From Acidobacteriota bacterium (GTDB taxonomy: Bacteria; Acidobacteriota; UBA6911; JACQSX01): DNA of 41,633 nt. The stretch's first letter is position 1, and each line of letters starts with the position of its first letter. Under the pieces are notes generated by a model. That model had not been told where the DNA came from and ran no database searches. It saw nothing but the letters and a program-made list of their open reading frames with translations. The DNA is taken from positions 1 through 41,633 of the forward strand of contig DASXQR010000213.1 of the NCBI GenBank assembly GCA_036507075.1, given 5' to 3'. This document shows, piece after piece, positions 22,697 to 32,408 of this stretch. Both the position numbers and the translations under genes were made by a program.

Positions 22697-23908
22697 CTAC
22701 TGGCGTGACAGTTTGGCGATCATCGTGAACAGCGGCAGGTACATGGATACGACGATGCCGCCTACGACGACGCCCAGGAAAACGATCAACATCGGTTCGA
22801 GCAGCGTCAGGAAGTTTGCGATCGCGCGGTCGGCTTCTTCGTCGTAGTAATCCGCTACCTTGGTCAACATCTGATCCAATTCGCCCGTTTGCTCGCCCAC
22901 ACCCACCATCTGAATGACCATTGGCGGGAAAATTCCTGCCTGGCGCAGAGGTTCAACGATGGTTTTTCCTTCTTCTACCGTCTTTCGAGTGCGGAGCAGA
23001 GCCAGCTCGATGATCTTGTTGCCCGCGGTGCGGGCGGTGATGTCAAGACCTTCCAGGATGGGAATACCGCTGATCAGCAGCGTGGAAAGAGTGCGCGAGA
23101 AACGCGCTACGGCGATTTTCTTGAGCACCGTTCCGAAAATCGGCACAGCCAGCAGGAACTTGTCAATAAACAGCCTGCCGCTCTCGGTCTTGTAGTAATA
23201 ACGCAGTCCCAGCACGGCCAGAACCAATGCAATGAAAATGAAAATGAAGAACTGGCCCAGAAAGTTACTCGCCCGTATGACCAGCAGCGTGGGAAGCGGC
23301 AAATCAGCTCCCAAGCCTTCAAACAACGTGGCAAACACCGGTATCACAAACAGCAGGATGATGGTTACCACGCCGATGGCCACGGTGAGAATGATCGAGG
23401 GATAGATCGAAGCGGATCGCAGCGATCGCTTCAACTTCATGATTTTCTCGATGAAGATCGTCATGCGCTGCAGGATCACGTCGAGGATACCGCCGGCCTC
23501 GCCCGCCGCGATCATATTGACGAACAGCTTGCTGAATACCTTCGGATGCCGTCCCATCGCGTCAGCCAGCGTCGAGCCGGATTCGACGTCGTTCCGGATC
23601 TGAAAAAGCACATTCTGGAACGTGCGGTTTTCCTGCTGGCTGGCCATAATGTCCAGGCACTGCACCAGCGGCAAACCGGCATCGATCATGACTGAAAACT
23701 GTTTTGTAAAGACCGCCAGTTCGCGGTCCTTTACTTTGGCGCGGAACTTGGGAAGAGCCAGCTCTTTGCCTTTCTCCTTGATGGAGATGGGCATGATTTG
23801 CTCGCTGCGAAGCAGAGCCGCGACGGTCTGCTTGCTTTGTGCGACTTTTTCTCCCGTTACCGGGAGTCCGTTTCCGTAACGCCTGCCTTTAAATTCGAAT
23901 ACCGGCAT
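22697..23908 (-). CDS. pilC: Type IV pilus platform protein PilC
   Basis: MIDAGLPLVQCL, AGEAGGILD, VGEQTGELDQML, LLEP, MYLPLF. Confidence 0.95.
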   Translation of the reverse strand: MPVFEFKGRRYGNGLPVTGEKVAQSKQTVAALLRSEQIMPISIKEKGKELALPKFRAKVKDRELAVFTKQFSVMIDAGLPLVQCLDIMASQQENRTFQNVLFQIRNDVESGSTLADAMGRHPKVFSKLFVNMIAAGEAGGILDVILQRMTIFIEKIMKLKRSLRSASIYPSIILTVAIGVVTIILLFVIPVFATLFEGLGADLPLPTLLVIRASNFLGQFFIFIFIALVLAVLGLRYYYKTESGRLFIDKFLLAVPIFGTVLKKIAVARFSRTLSTLLISGIPILEGLDITARTAGNKIIELALLRTRKTVEEGKTIVEPLRQAGIFPPMVIQMVGVGEQTGELDQMLTKVADYYDEEADRAIANFLTLLEPMLIVFLGVVVGGIVVSMYLPLFTMIAKLSRQ

Positions 23909-23931
23909 AGATCACCTTTATCTTGATTTGA

Positions 23932-25020
23932 TTATCCTGCTTTATGTAGAACTCCGACACCGCGTTTGATCATTTCCTGGAGTTCATCCGCATTGGATGA
24001 GCGGGCCAGACACTCTTCCATAGTAATCTGCTTGCCCAGGTACAAAGTCGCCAGCGACTGGTTAAAAGTCTGCATTCCGAACTTTTCCTGGCCCGTCTGC
24101 ATCGCCGAGTAGATCTGGTGGACTTTGTCTTCACGGATCAGATTTCGAATCGCCGGATTTGGAATCATGATCTCCATCGCCATCAAGCGGCCCTCGCCTG
24201 AGGCCTTGGGGATCAGCGCCTGGCAGAGAATTCCCTCCAGCACCAGCGAGAGCTGCGCGCGGATCTGGGACTGCTGGTAAGCCGGGAAAACGTCCACGAT
24301 ACGGTTGATAGTCGAGGAGGCCGAATTGGTGTGCAGCGTGGCGAACGTGAGATGTCCGGTTTCCGCGATGCGCAGCGCCGATTCGATCGTCTCCAGGTCG
24401 CGCATTTCGCCGATCAGCACCACATCGGGGTCTTCACGCAGGGCCACCCGAAGGGCATTGGCGAAGGAGTGTGTATCGCTGTGGACTTCTCGCTGGCTGA
24501 TCAGACACTTCTTGTGCGAGTGGATGAATTCAATCGGGTCTTCGATGGTGATGATGTGGTCGTTGCGCTCGCGGTTGATTTTGTCGATCATCGCCGCCAG
24601 CGTGGTGGATTTGCCGCTTCCCGTGGGCCCGGTAACCAGAATCAGTCCGCGAGGCCTGTCGCAGATTTTCTGCACTATCGGCGGGAGGCGCAGATCGTCG
24701 AATCCCTTGATCTCGAAGGGAATCAGACGAAACACTCCCGAAACCGCTCCGCGCTGCGTGAACACGTTGGCGCGGAAACGCGCCAGGCCCTTGATTCCGA
24801 AGCTGAAGTCCAGCTCGAGATTTTCCTCGAACTTGTACTTCTGCGCGTCGGTCATGACGCTGTAAGCAAGCTTTTTGGTATCGGCCGGCGCCAACGCGGG
24901 ATGGTCGAGCGGGAGAAGCTTCCCATGGACGCGAATACGGGGCGGTGTGTTGGTTCCAACATGAAGGTCGGACCCTTTGAGATCGACGACCTTTTGCAGC
25001 AGTTCAGCCAAACTTAGCAC
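23932..25020 (-). CDS. pilT: Type IV pilus retraction ATPase PilT
   Basis: GSDLH, GPTGSGKSTT, LREDPDVVLIGEMRD, AIRNLIRE motif, GMQT; GTG start. Confidence 0.96.
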   Translation of the reverse strand: MLSLAELLQKVVDLKGSDLHVGTNTPPRIRVHGKLLPLDHPALAPADTKKLAYSVMTDAQKYKFEENLELDFSFGIKGLARFRANVFTQRGAVSGVFRLIPFEIKGFDDLRLPPIVQKICDRPRGLILVTGPTGSGKSTTLAAMIDKINRERNDHIITIEDPIEFIHSHKKCLISQREVHSDTHSFANALRVALREDPDVVLIGEMRDLETIESALRIAETGHLTFATLHTNSASSTINRIVDVFPAYQQSQIRAQLSLVLEGILCQALIPKASGEGRLMAMEIMIPNPAIRNLIREDKVHQIYSAMQTGQEKFGMQTFNQSLATLYLGKQITMEECLARSSNADELQEMIKRGVGVLHKAG

Positions 25021-25243
25021 GGGGCGGTCCTTTTAATTTGAATGTGCAGAATATGTTACGTCCGATTATCCCTGCAGCGGGCGTGACTGTCATCACGAAT
25101 ACGGCAAAAAACACCGCGCGGCAGGAACCCGGACTCCAAAAATGAGAACTCGGGCAACGGCCCGAGCCCGGAATTGCGAGCTCCGCATAAAACCTGCTCG
25201 AAACAACAAACCTGAATGGAAACTGCTCGCGGGCGACTTTCGG

Positions 25244-27010
25244 TCATTGTACTCCTTGTTTCACTTCCACGGGCGATTCGTTTCGAACTGTCTCTCTTAG
25301 AACTTCTTCAATCGTGGTCAAACCCAGCCGGATTTTGTTCAAACCGCTTTCACGCAGTGTCAGCATGCCTTCCTGGCAGGCGCGGGCCTTGAGTACACTT
25401 GCCGATGCCCCCTTCAAGATCAGGTCCCGAACCGCCGGGGAGATGTCCATGACCTCATAGAGCCCCACGCGCCCCCGGTAACCTGTGCTGTTGCAGTTTT
25501 TGCAGCCCTCTCCTTTGAAAGTTCGAATGTCGGGCGCCTCTTTCGGGCTGAATCCGATATCCACGAGCGCCTTCAAGGGCGTGTTGACTTGCTTTTTGCA
25601 GTCCGAGCACACCTTTCTAACCAGGCGCTGGGCGCAAATCAGGTTTACCGAAGTAGCAACCAGAAAAGGCTCAATCCCCATGTTTAGAAGGCGGCTGATG
25701 CTGGAGGGGGCATCGTTGGTGTGCAGCGTGCTGAGCACCAGGTGTCCGGTGAGAGCCGCCTTGACGGCAATTTCGGCAGTCTCCAGATCGCGGACTTCAC
25801 CCACCAGTATGATGTTCGGGTCCTGGCGCAGGAAGGATCGCAAAGCAGCGGCGAAGGTGAGTCCGATCTGTTCGCGCACCAGAACCTGGTTGATTCCGGC
25901 GAAGTTGAATTCTACCGGGTCCTCGGCTGTCATGATATTCACGTCGGGAACATTCAGTTTGTTAATAGCCGTGTAAAGTGTGCTGGTCTTGCCACTGCCC
26001 GTAGGTCCCGTCACAAGCACCATCCCGTAGGGTTGGGCGATTGCGTTTTCAAAACGTTTCAAAGAGCTCTCGTCAAAGCCGAGTTTGGACATGTCCAGCG
26101 GGAGTTTTTCCTTGTCCAGGACGCGCAGTACCACCTTCTCCCCGAAAAGAGTCGGCAGTACGGAGACGCGAAAATCGATCTCGCGTTTTGAGCCGTTCAT
26201 GTTGATGCGAATCTTGATGCGGCCGTCCTGAGGCAGGCGCTTCTCGGAGATGTCCAGCTTGGACATGATTTTAATTCTGGACGTGACGGCGTCCTTCATC
26301 CGCAGGGGGGGCGCCATCACGTTGTAAAGGACGCCATCCAGGCGGAACCGCACGCGATACTCCTTTTCGTAGGGCTCGACATGGATGTCGCTTGCTCCCC
26401 GGCGCAGGGCGTCATACAGGATCATGTTAACCAGTTTGATGATGGGAGCTTCCTCGCCGGATTGCTGGAGTTGATCGATAGTAAGCTCTTTTTCATCCTC
26501 AAGTTCTTCGAGTTGATAACCTTCCTTCTCATCCCGATCTTTGGAATCGATCTCGTCGTAGACTTTCTTCAGGTCAAGGTTGATGCTGGTGCCGTAATAC
26601 TTCTCGATCGCCTCCCTGATGTCCGTCTCCGAGGCGACAACCGGTTCAACGTTGAAACCGGTCATGAACTTCAGGTCGTCCATGGCCAGCACATTGGTAG
26701 GATCGGTGATGGCAACGGTAAGCGTGGTGCCGATGCGGGTGATCGGAAGGACTTGATACTTGATGGCCGTTTCGACCGGAACCAGCTTGATCACTTCCGA
26801 ATCGATTTCCGTGAATTCCAGATTTACCGACGGGACGTCGTACTGCATGCTGAGCACCGAGACGATCTCGTCGTCGGACACGAAGCCCTTTGAAACCAGA
26901 ATTACGCCCAGACGTCCCCCGTGCTTGCGCTGATGAGTCAGGGCCTCAGTCAACTGCTCCTGGGTCAGCATGTTCTTCTTAATCAGGATTTCGCCTAGTC
27001 GGGACGACAT
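25244..27010 (-). CDS. pilB: Type IV pilus assembly ATPase PilB with MshEN domain
   Basis: RLGxxL repeats, ASDIHVEP, GPTGSGKTS, LRQDPNIILVGEVRD, CxxC...CxxC. Confidence 0.96.
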   Translation of the reverse strand: MSSRLGEILIKKNMLTQEQLTEALTHQRKHGGRLGVILVSKGFVSDDEIVSVLSMQYDVPSVNLEFTEIDSEVIKLVPVETAIKYQVLPITRIGTTLTVAITDPTNVLAMDDLKFMTGFNVEPVVASETDIREAIEKYYGTSINLDLKKVYDEIDSKDRDEKEGYQLEELEDEKELTIDQLQQSGEEAPIIKLVNMILYDALRRGASDIHVEPYEKEYRVRFRLDGVLYNVMAPPLRMKDAVTSRIKIMSKLDISEKRLPQDGRIKIRINMNGSKREIDFRVSVLPTLFGEKVVLRVLDKEKLPLDMSKLGFDESSLKRFENAIAQPYGMVLVTGPTGSGKTSTLYTAINKLNVPDVNIMTAEDPVEFNFAGINQVLVREQIGLTFAAALRSFLRQDPNIILVGEVRDLETAEIAVKAALTGHLVLSTLHTNDAPSSISRLLNMGIEPFLVATSVNLICAQRLVRKVCSDCKKQVNTPLKALVDIGFSPKEAPDIRTFKGEGCKNCNSTGYRGRVGLYEVMDISPAVRDLILKGASASVLKARACQEGMLTLRESGLNKIRLGLTTIEEVLRETVRNESPVEVKQGVQ

Positions 27011-27011
27011 G

Positions 27012-27875
27012 TTATCTCGCTAAAGACAGATCCAATCCGATGGCCAAAAAGAGCAAAATGCTGACAAATCCGTTGATGGTGAAAAAAGCCGTATTCACGC
27101 GCGAAAGGTCCGACGGTCGAACAATCCAGTGTTCGTAAGCAATCAACACAGCGGTAAGGACGATCCCCGCCAGGCTCAATTTGCCGAGATGGAGACTTAA
27201 ATAGACGGCAATCAAAGCGACCACCATGAACAGGTGCAGCAGCGTGGAGACCACCAGCGCCGATTTGACCCCGATCGCCTGTGGAAGCGAAAAGAGGTGG
27301 TTTTTTGAATCAAAATCGATGTCCTGACATGCATAAATGATATCGAATCCAGAGACCCATAGCCCCACAGCCAGTGCCAGAAGCAATGCAACCGGCGCCA
27401 GGCTTCCCGTCACTCCGATCCATCCACCTATCGGCGCAATCGCCAATGACAGTCCCAAAAATAAATGAGAAAACGCCGTGAAGCGCTTCGTATACGAGTA
27501 AAAAAAAATGACGAATACAGCCATGGGCGCCAGGATCGCGCACAGCCGGTTCAGTCTAGAAGCCGAATATAGCATTAGGGTTAGAGAAAATAGAGTGAAC
27601 AGGATTACATATCGGCGGGAGAGTCGTCCGGCAGGTAACGATCTTCCCCCCGTTCGGGGGTTTAGAGCGTCAAATTTTTGGTCGACCAGCCTGTTGAAAC
27701 ACATGGCCGCAGAACGGGCTCCCAGCATTGCCAGGGTGATCCAAAGCACCCTTTCCCAGGGCGGGGGGCCCTGGGCGGCGGCGAAAGCGCCCAGATAGGC
27801 AAAGGGCAGCGCAAAGACGGTATGTTCGAATTTGATCATGCGCAGGAGTTCGGCTGCATTCTTGAGGCTGTTCAT
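27012..27875 (-). CDS. UbiA-family polyprenyltransferase (MqnP-like)
   Basis: IKFEHTVFALPFA, ARSAAMCFNRLVD..DALNPRT, YSYTKRFT, FDIIYACQD..FD; ATG 27875 preferred. Confidence 0.88.
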   Translation of the reverse strand: MNSLKNAAELLRMIKFEHTVFALPFAYLGAFAAAQGPPPWERVLWITLAMLGARSAAMCFNRLVDQKFDALNPRTGGRSLPAGRLSRRYVILFTLFSLTLMLYSASRLNRLCAILAPMAVFVIFFYSYTKRFTAFSHLFLGLSLAIAPIGGWIGVTGSLAPVALLLALAVGLWVSGFDIIYACQDIDFDSKNHLFSLPQAIGVKSALVVSTLLHLFMVVALIAVYLSLHLGKLSLAGIVLTAVLIAYEHWIVRPSDLSRVNTAFFTINGFVSILLFLAIGLDLSLAR

Positions 27876-28015
27876 AGAGAAAAGCTCTCGTTTTTCCGCC
27901 GTTTGGGATTCCAGACGGCCGCCTCCACATCGGGGACATCCATTATTACGGCCCACTAGTATACTTCCGGGAGCGCGATTCGAGTACGTGGTATGCTAAT
28001 AATTGACCGCCTTCA

Positions 28016-28861
28016 ATGTCAGTCGAACTTCGCCATCTGACCCAGCCTGCAGAGTTTCAGCGTTGCGTGGATCTTCAGAAGATAGTCTGGGGCTTCGCGG
28101 ATCGCGACGTGGTACCGGCGCGTATGATGACCATTGCCGTTCATCATGGCGGTCTTGCCATCGGTGCCTTTGAGAACGGCCTGATGATTGCATTCGTTTT
28201 CGCCATTCCCAGCCTCCACGACGGCAGATTTGCGCAGCACTCACATATGCTGGCGGTGCTGGAGGAATATCGCAATCGAGGGATCGGCCGGACGCTGAAG
28301 ATAGCGCAATACCAGGACGCGCTGGCGCGAGGCATCGGCGTGGTCACCTGGACTTTCGATCCTCTGGAAACAAAAAACGCGTTTTTGAACCTGAACCGTC
28401 TGGGAGCCGTCAGCAATACTTATTACGTCAACCTGTACGGTGAGCAGACCAGCAGCGAGTTGCACAGCGGCCTGGGTACCGATCGATTCCTGGCGGAGTG
28501 GTTCATCGGTGAAAAGAGAACGGAGAGAATCATCGAAGGAATGAATCCGGTTTCGCCCCATTGGCAACAGTTTCCGAAGGTGCTGGCCTGGTCGGGTGGA
28601 GAGCGTTTTTCTCCGGCGGCGCCGGACCTCGAGCAGTCCGGACGCGCGCTCCTGGTAGAGGCGCCTCCCGACACGCAGTTGCTGAAAAAGCTGGATCGAG
28701 ATGCGGCCCAGGAATGGAGATTGGGCACGCGCGCCGCTTTCACCCACTATTTCGAGCAGGGTTATTGGCTCAAGGGTCTGGCGCGTGCGGAAAACCCGCT
28801 GCCGGTTCCCGATTACTCATTGAAGCGCTCGTTCTACCTCCTGGAACATCATGAGAATTGA
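28016..28861 (+). CDS. GNAT acyltransferase (putative D-amino acid N-succinyltransferase)
   Basis: HSHMLAV..EYRNRGIG, WTFDPL..NA.LN..LGA, TDRFLAEW; overlaps the start of the enolase-superfamily gene. Confidence 0.8.
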   Translation: MSVELRHLTQPAEFQRCVDLQKIVWGFADRDVVPARMMTIAVHHGGLAIGAFENGLMIAFVFAIPSLHDGRFAQHSHMLAVLEEYRNRGIGRTLKIAQYQDALARGIGVVTWTFDPLETKNAFLNLNRLGAVSNTYYVNLYGEQTSSELHSGLGTDRFLAEWFIGEKRTERIIEGMNPVSPHWQQFPKVLAWSGGERFSPAAPDLEQSGRALLVEAPPDTQLLKKLDRDAAQEWRLGTRAAFTHYFEQGYWLKGLARAENPLPVPDYSLKRSFYLLEHHEN

Positions 28862-29966
28862 ACGGCTTACGCTTCGAGAGATCTCTCTGCCGCTGATTCA
28901 TTATTTCGAGACCAGCTTTGGCCGAACCGACGTACGCCGAATTCTGTTGTTGCAGCTTCAGGCGGACGGCGCCAGCGGCTGGTCGGAGTGCACTTCGCCT
29001 GAAGGTCCGTACTACAGCCATGAGACGGTGGAGACCTCGTGGAACATCATTGAGAATTTCATTGTTCCATTCATTGTGGGGAAAGAGGTGGAGCACCCTT
29101 CCAGACTGCCGCGCGAGATCGACCAGATCCGCGGTCATAACATGGCCAAAGGCGCTGTGGAGGCCGGAGTATGGGAGTTACATGCCCGGCTTCAATCCAG
29201 GCCGCTGCATCAGTTGATCGGCGGCACGCTTTCCCGAATCGATTGCGGAGTTTCCATCGGAATTCAGGAAAGGATCGACATTCTTTTGGGAAAGATCGAG
29301 AAGGAACGGAGCGCCGGGTATCGAAAGATAAAGGTCAAAATCAAGCCCGGGTGGGATGTGGAGGTGATCCGGGCTGTTCGGCGGCATTATCCGGACATCC
29401 CTTTGATGGCGGACGCCAATTCCGCTTACACCTTGAAGGATACTGAGTTGCTCAAGCAGCTCGACGAATTCAATTTGCTGATGATCGAGCAGCCGCTCCG
29501 CTATGACGATATTTTCGAACATGCTCAGCTTCAGGGCTCGCTGCGAACGCCCATCTGCCTGGACGAGTCGATCAAGTCCTATTTTGACGCCAAGGCCGCT
29601 CTGGCGCTGGGCAGTTGCCGGATTATCAACATCAAGTTGGGGCGAGTGGGGGGCTTTGCGCAGGCAAAGCGGATCCATGACCTTTGTTTCGCCCAAGGCG
29701 TTCCGGTCTGGTGCGGAGGAATGCTGGAATCGGGTGTGGGGCGCGCTCACAATATCGCGCTCTCCAGCCTGCCCGGCTTCACGATTCCCGGGGACGTCTC
29801 TGCAAGCAAACGTTATTACCGCCACGACACGATTACCCAACCCGTCGAAGTATCATCTCAAGGTCAGATCGACGTGCCTACCGATCCGGGGATGGGCTAC
29901 CAGCCCGACGTCGACTTCATCGAAAGCGTGACCACGCGCAAGCGTGAATTCAAGCCGGGGGGCTAG
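28851..29966 (+). CDS. menC: OSBS / N-succinylamino acid racemase (enolase superfamily)
   Basis: FETSFG, KVKIKPG, DANSAY, IEQP, LDES, NIKLGRVGG, WCGGMLESG, GDVSAS motifs of the NSAR/OSBS subfamily. Confidence 0.88.
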   Translation: MRIERLTLREISLPLIHYFETSFGRTDVRRILLLQLQADGASGWSECTSPEGPYYSHETVETSWNIIENFIVPFIVGKEVEHPSRLPREIDQIRGHNMAKGAVEAGVWELHARLQSRPLHQLIGGTLSRIDCGVSIGIQERIDILLGKIEKERSAGYRKIKVKIKPGWDVEVIRAVRRHYPDIPLMADANSAYTLKDTELLKQLDEFNLLMIEQPLRYDDIFEHAQLQGSLRTPICLDESIKSYFDAKAALALGSCRIINIKLGRVGGFAQAKRIHDLCFAQGVPVWCGGMLESGVGRAHNIALSSLPGFTIPGDVSASKRYYRHDTITQPVEVSSQGQIDVPTDPGMGYQPDVDFIESVTTRKREFKPGG

Positions 29967-30136
29967 CCTGGATTATTCACGAACTGCAGGAACTGGCCGC
30001 CGATTTACGCGGACAACGCTGATGGTATCGGGGTCGAGGGATGGGCGTCGATGCCGGCAAAACTGACACACTGCTGCGATGGAGCCCATTCCTCGACCCC
30101 GATACTAATCCGTGTTTTCCGTGTAGATCAGCGGCC
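29965..30136. repeat. Dispersed repeat copy 2, extended into a ~52-bp hairpin
   Basis: 29995-30046 pairs with 30084-30136; the 5' 67 bp match 14674-14740. Confidence 0.88.
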
Positions 30137-30157
30137 CAATTCTTTCAGTCTTTGAAG

Positions 30158-30186
30158 CTTTCGCGCCTTCGCGCTTTCGCGGTTCA
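30158..30186 (+). repeat. Octamer repeat (CTTTCGCG)x3-GTTCA
   Basis: Same architecture as the (CTTTGTG)n-GTGAA arms. Confidence 0.6.
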
Positions 30187-30209
30187 CGTTCTTCGATTCC
30201 CGTCGCTAG

Positions 30210-30250
30210 TGTCAAATAATTTGACATTTGTGAACATCCAGGTGTATTAA
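30210..30250 (+). promoter_or_regulatory. Palindromic operator overlapping a -35 box
   Basis: TGTCAAA-taa-TTTGACA (30210-30226); TTGACA with a weak TATTAA 18 nt downstream. Confidence 0.55.
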
Positions 30251-30272
30251 AGAATCACACGCATGTGATGCC

Positions 30273-32408
30273 ATGATGCGTAAAAGCTTAAAAAACAAGC
30301 TGTTAGTCTATATTTTGCCGTCTTCCCTTGTCCCTCTAGTTTTCATTTCTGCTTTCTCCTATTTTATTGCCGAGAAGAGAATCACGCAGGATCGGATCAC
30401 CCTTTATCTTGAGCAGGTCGCCCAGGACACAGTCGACAAGATCGATCTGACGCTGCTGGAAAAGCGCGAGGAAGCCCTGGCGATGGAACTCAATGGGGTC
30501 TTTGCCGACGCTCTGGAAGACCACAACGGGATTGTGCAGGCGCAAACGCTGCTCAATCAAATGACGGTTTTGCATCAGGTCTACGATCTGATCCTTTTGT
30601 TCGACACAGAGGGCAATATCCGGCTCTCCAATGCCATCAACCGGCAGGGGAACACCTTCCAGGAGAAGCAGTTGGCCAACCTGATGCTACTGAAAGCTTC
30701 CGATGCGGATGACTGGTTTCAAACGGCGGCAGCGGGAAATCTGGCGTACCTGGACTGGCATCAGTCCGATTTCGTGAAAACCACCTACGATTATCAGAAC
30801 CAGGACCTGATGTATCGCTACCAGATCGGCTATGCCGTTCCGGTAAAGAGCCGAACCTCACAGCGCACCGTCGGGGTGCTGCTCGCTCTGATCAACTGGC
30901 AGTTCATTCAGGAAATCCTGGACCAGGTCGAAAAAGATTTGAGCGCCCGGCAACTCACTTCAGGTTACGCATTTCTGTTTAAGAATGATCACAACACCGT
31001 CATTGGCCACAAGTTTCGAAGCAATCGCAATTACACATCCGTGACGCCCGAGCCGGCGCGCAACAATTACGGCACGCGGCTGGCCGAGGACCATCATCTG
31101 GAAAATCTGCGCGAGGCAATCATTCAGGGGCGCCGCTCATTTGAGTATGAATATCCGGCCGGGACTAAGAAGATTTCCGGTTTGGCCACGATCAACTCGT
31201 CCTTTGGCTGGACCTGCGGTGTGGGAATCAACAACTCGGAGATCTTCGCTCCGGTAAACGAGATGCGCGCGGTATTGCTGGTGGCGACGTTTCTCTCCGC
31301 CGGTCTGGTCATTGTGCTCGTTTACATAATCAGTCGGGGAATTACCGTTCCCCTGAAAGAGCTCACCTCTACGGCGGCAATCATTGCCGCCGGCGATTTC
31401 AGCGGCCGCGTGGATGTGCATACGCGCGATGAGCTGGAAGAGCTGGCGCGCACGTTCAACGAGATGGCCGCCTCACTCCAGGACCGCAGCCAGGCGCTGC
31501 TCGAGTTGAACCGAAATCTCGAAAAGATGGTGCAGGAACGCACGCTGGCGCTGGAAAAATCCAACGTGGAGCTGAAGGGAGCCTACCACGAGCTGCAACA
31601 GACGCAGGACCAGCTTGTACAATCGGAAAAACTCGCCTCGCTCGGCCAGTTGGTAGCCGGAATTGCGCACGAGATCAAAAACCCTCTGAACTTCATCTAT
31701 GGCAACACGGAGTTCCTGCGGGATTACATCGCGAAATTGAAGCGCCTGATCACCAGCTACGAAGGCGTTCAGTCCCTCAGCGAAGCCGACCGAAAGCGGC
31801 TCGGCTCGGAAAAACAATCGATGAATTTTGAATTCCTGATTGAGGATCTCGATACGCTGATCGCCAATTTCGAGGAAGGCGCCAAGCGCATAAACACCAT
31901 CATCACCGATCTGCGCAGCTTCTCGCGCATGGACAGCCACGAGGTCAGTGATACCGATGTTCAAGCTTCCATTGAGATCGCCTTGAATCTGCTGAAAAAC
32001 CTTTACCGGGAGCGGATCAACATTCATCGGCACTATGACGATATTCCCAAGATTCGCGCCTACTCGGGGCAGTTGGGGCAGGTCTTCATGAACATGCTGA
32101 GCAACGCGTGCCAGGCGATTGAAGGCAAGGGAGATCTCTGGATTCGCACTTTTCCCGAAAATGGCAATGTGGTGATCGAGTTTGAAGACAATGGATGCGG
32201 CATTCGAAAAGAGCACCTGCACAAAATCTTTGAGCCGTTTTTTACAACCAAAAGGACCGGCGATGGCACCGGACTGGGTTTGAGCATCAGCTACGGGATC
32301 ATCAAACAGCACAACGGGGACATCAAGGTTGAGAGCGAGGTGGGTCGCGGAACCAAATTCACCATTATCCTTCCCGCCGGCAAGGATCCACAGCGGGGTC
32401 AGGCATGA
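30273..32408 (+). CDS. Sensor histidine kinase (periplasmic Cache-like domain, HAMP, HisKA, HATPase)
   Basis: Two TM helices, HAMP, QSEKLASLGQLVAGIAHEIKNPL, FEPFFTTK..GTGLGL. Confidence 0.93.
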   Translation: MMRKSLKNKLLVYILPSSLVPLVFISAFSYFIAEKRITQDRITLYLEQVAQDTVDKIDLTLLEKREEALAMELNGVFADALEDHNGIVQAQTLLNQMTVLHQVYDLILLFDTEGNIRLSNAINRQGNTFQEKQLANLMLLKASDADDWFQTAAAGNLAYLDWHQSDFVKTTYDYQNQDLMYRYQIGYAVPVKSRTSQRTVGVLLALINWQFIQEILDQVEKDLSARQLTSGYAFLFKNDHNTVIGHKFRSNRNYTSVTPEPARNNYGTRLAEDHHLENLREAIIQGRRSFEYEYPAGTKKISGLATINSSFGWTCGVGINNSEIFAPVNEMRAVLLVATFLSAGLVIVLVYIISRGITVPLKELTSTAAIIAAGDFSGRVDVHTRDELEELARTFNEMAASLQDRSQALLELNRNLEKMVQERTLALEKSNVELKGAYHELQQTQDQLVQSEKLASLGQLVAGIAHEIKNPLNFIYGNTEFLRDYIAKLKRLITSYEGVQSLSEADRKRLGSEKQSMNFEFLIEDLDTLIANFEEGAKRINTIITDLRSFSRMDSHEVSDTDVQASIEIALNLLKNLYRERINIHRHYDDIPKIRAYSGQLGQVFMNMLSNACQAIEGKGDLWIRTFPENGNVVIEFEDNGCGIRKEHLHKIFEPFFTTKRTGDGTGLGLSISYGIIKQHNGDIKVESEVGRGTKFTIILPAGKDPQRGQA

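Noticed and set aside
25021..25243. pilB-pilT spacer as a riboswitch
   Set aside because: No recognisable c-di-GMP or other aptamer motif; only a short hairpin.
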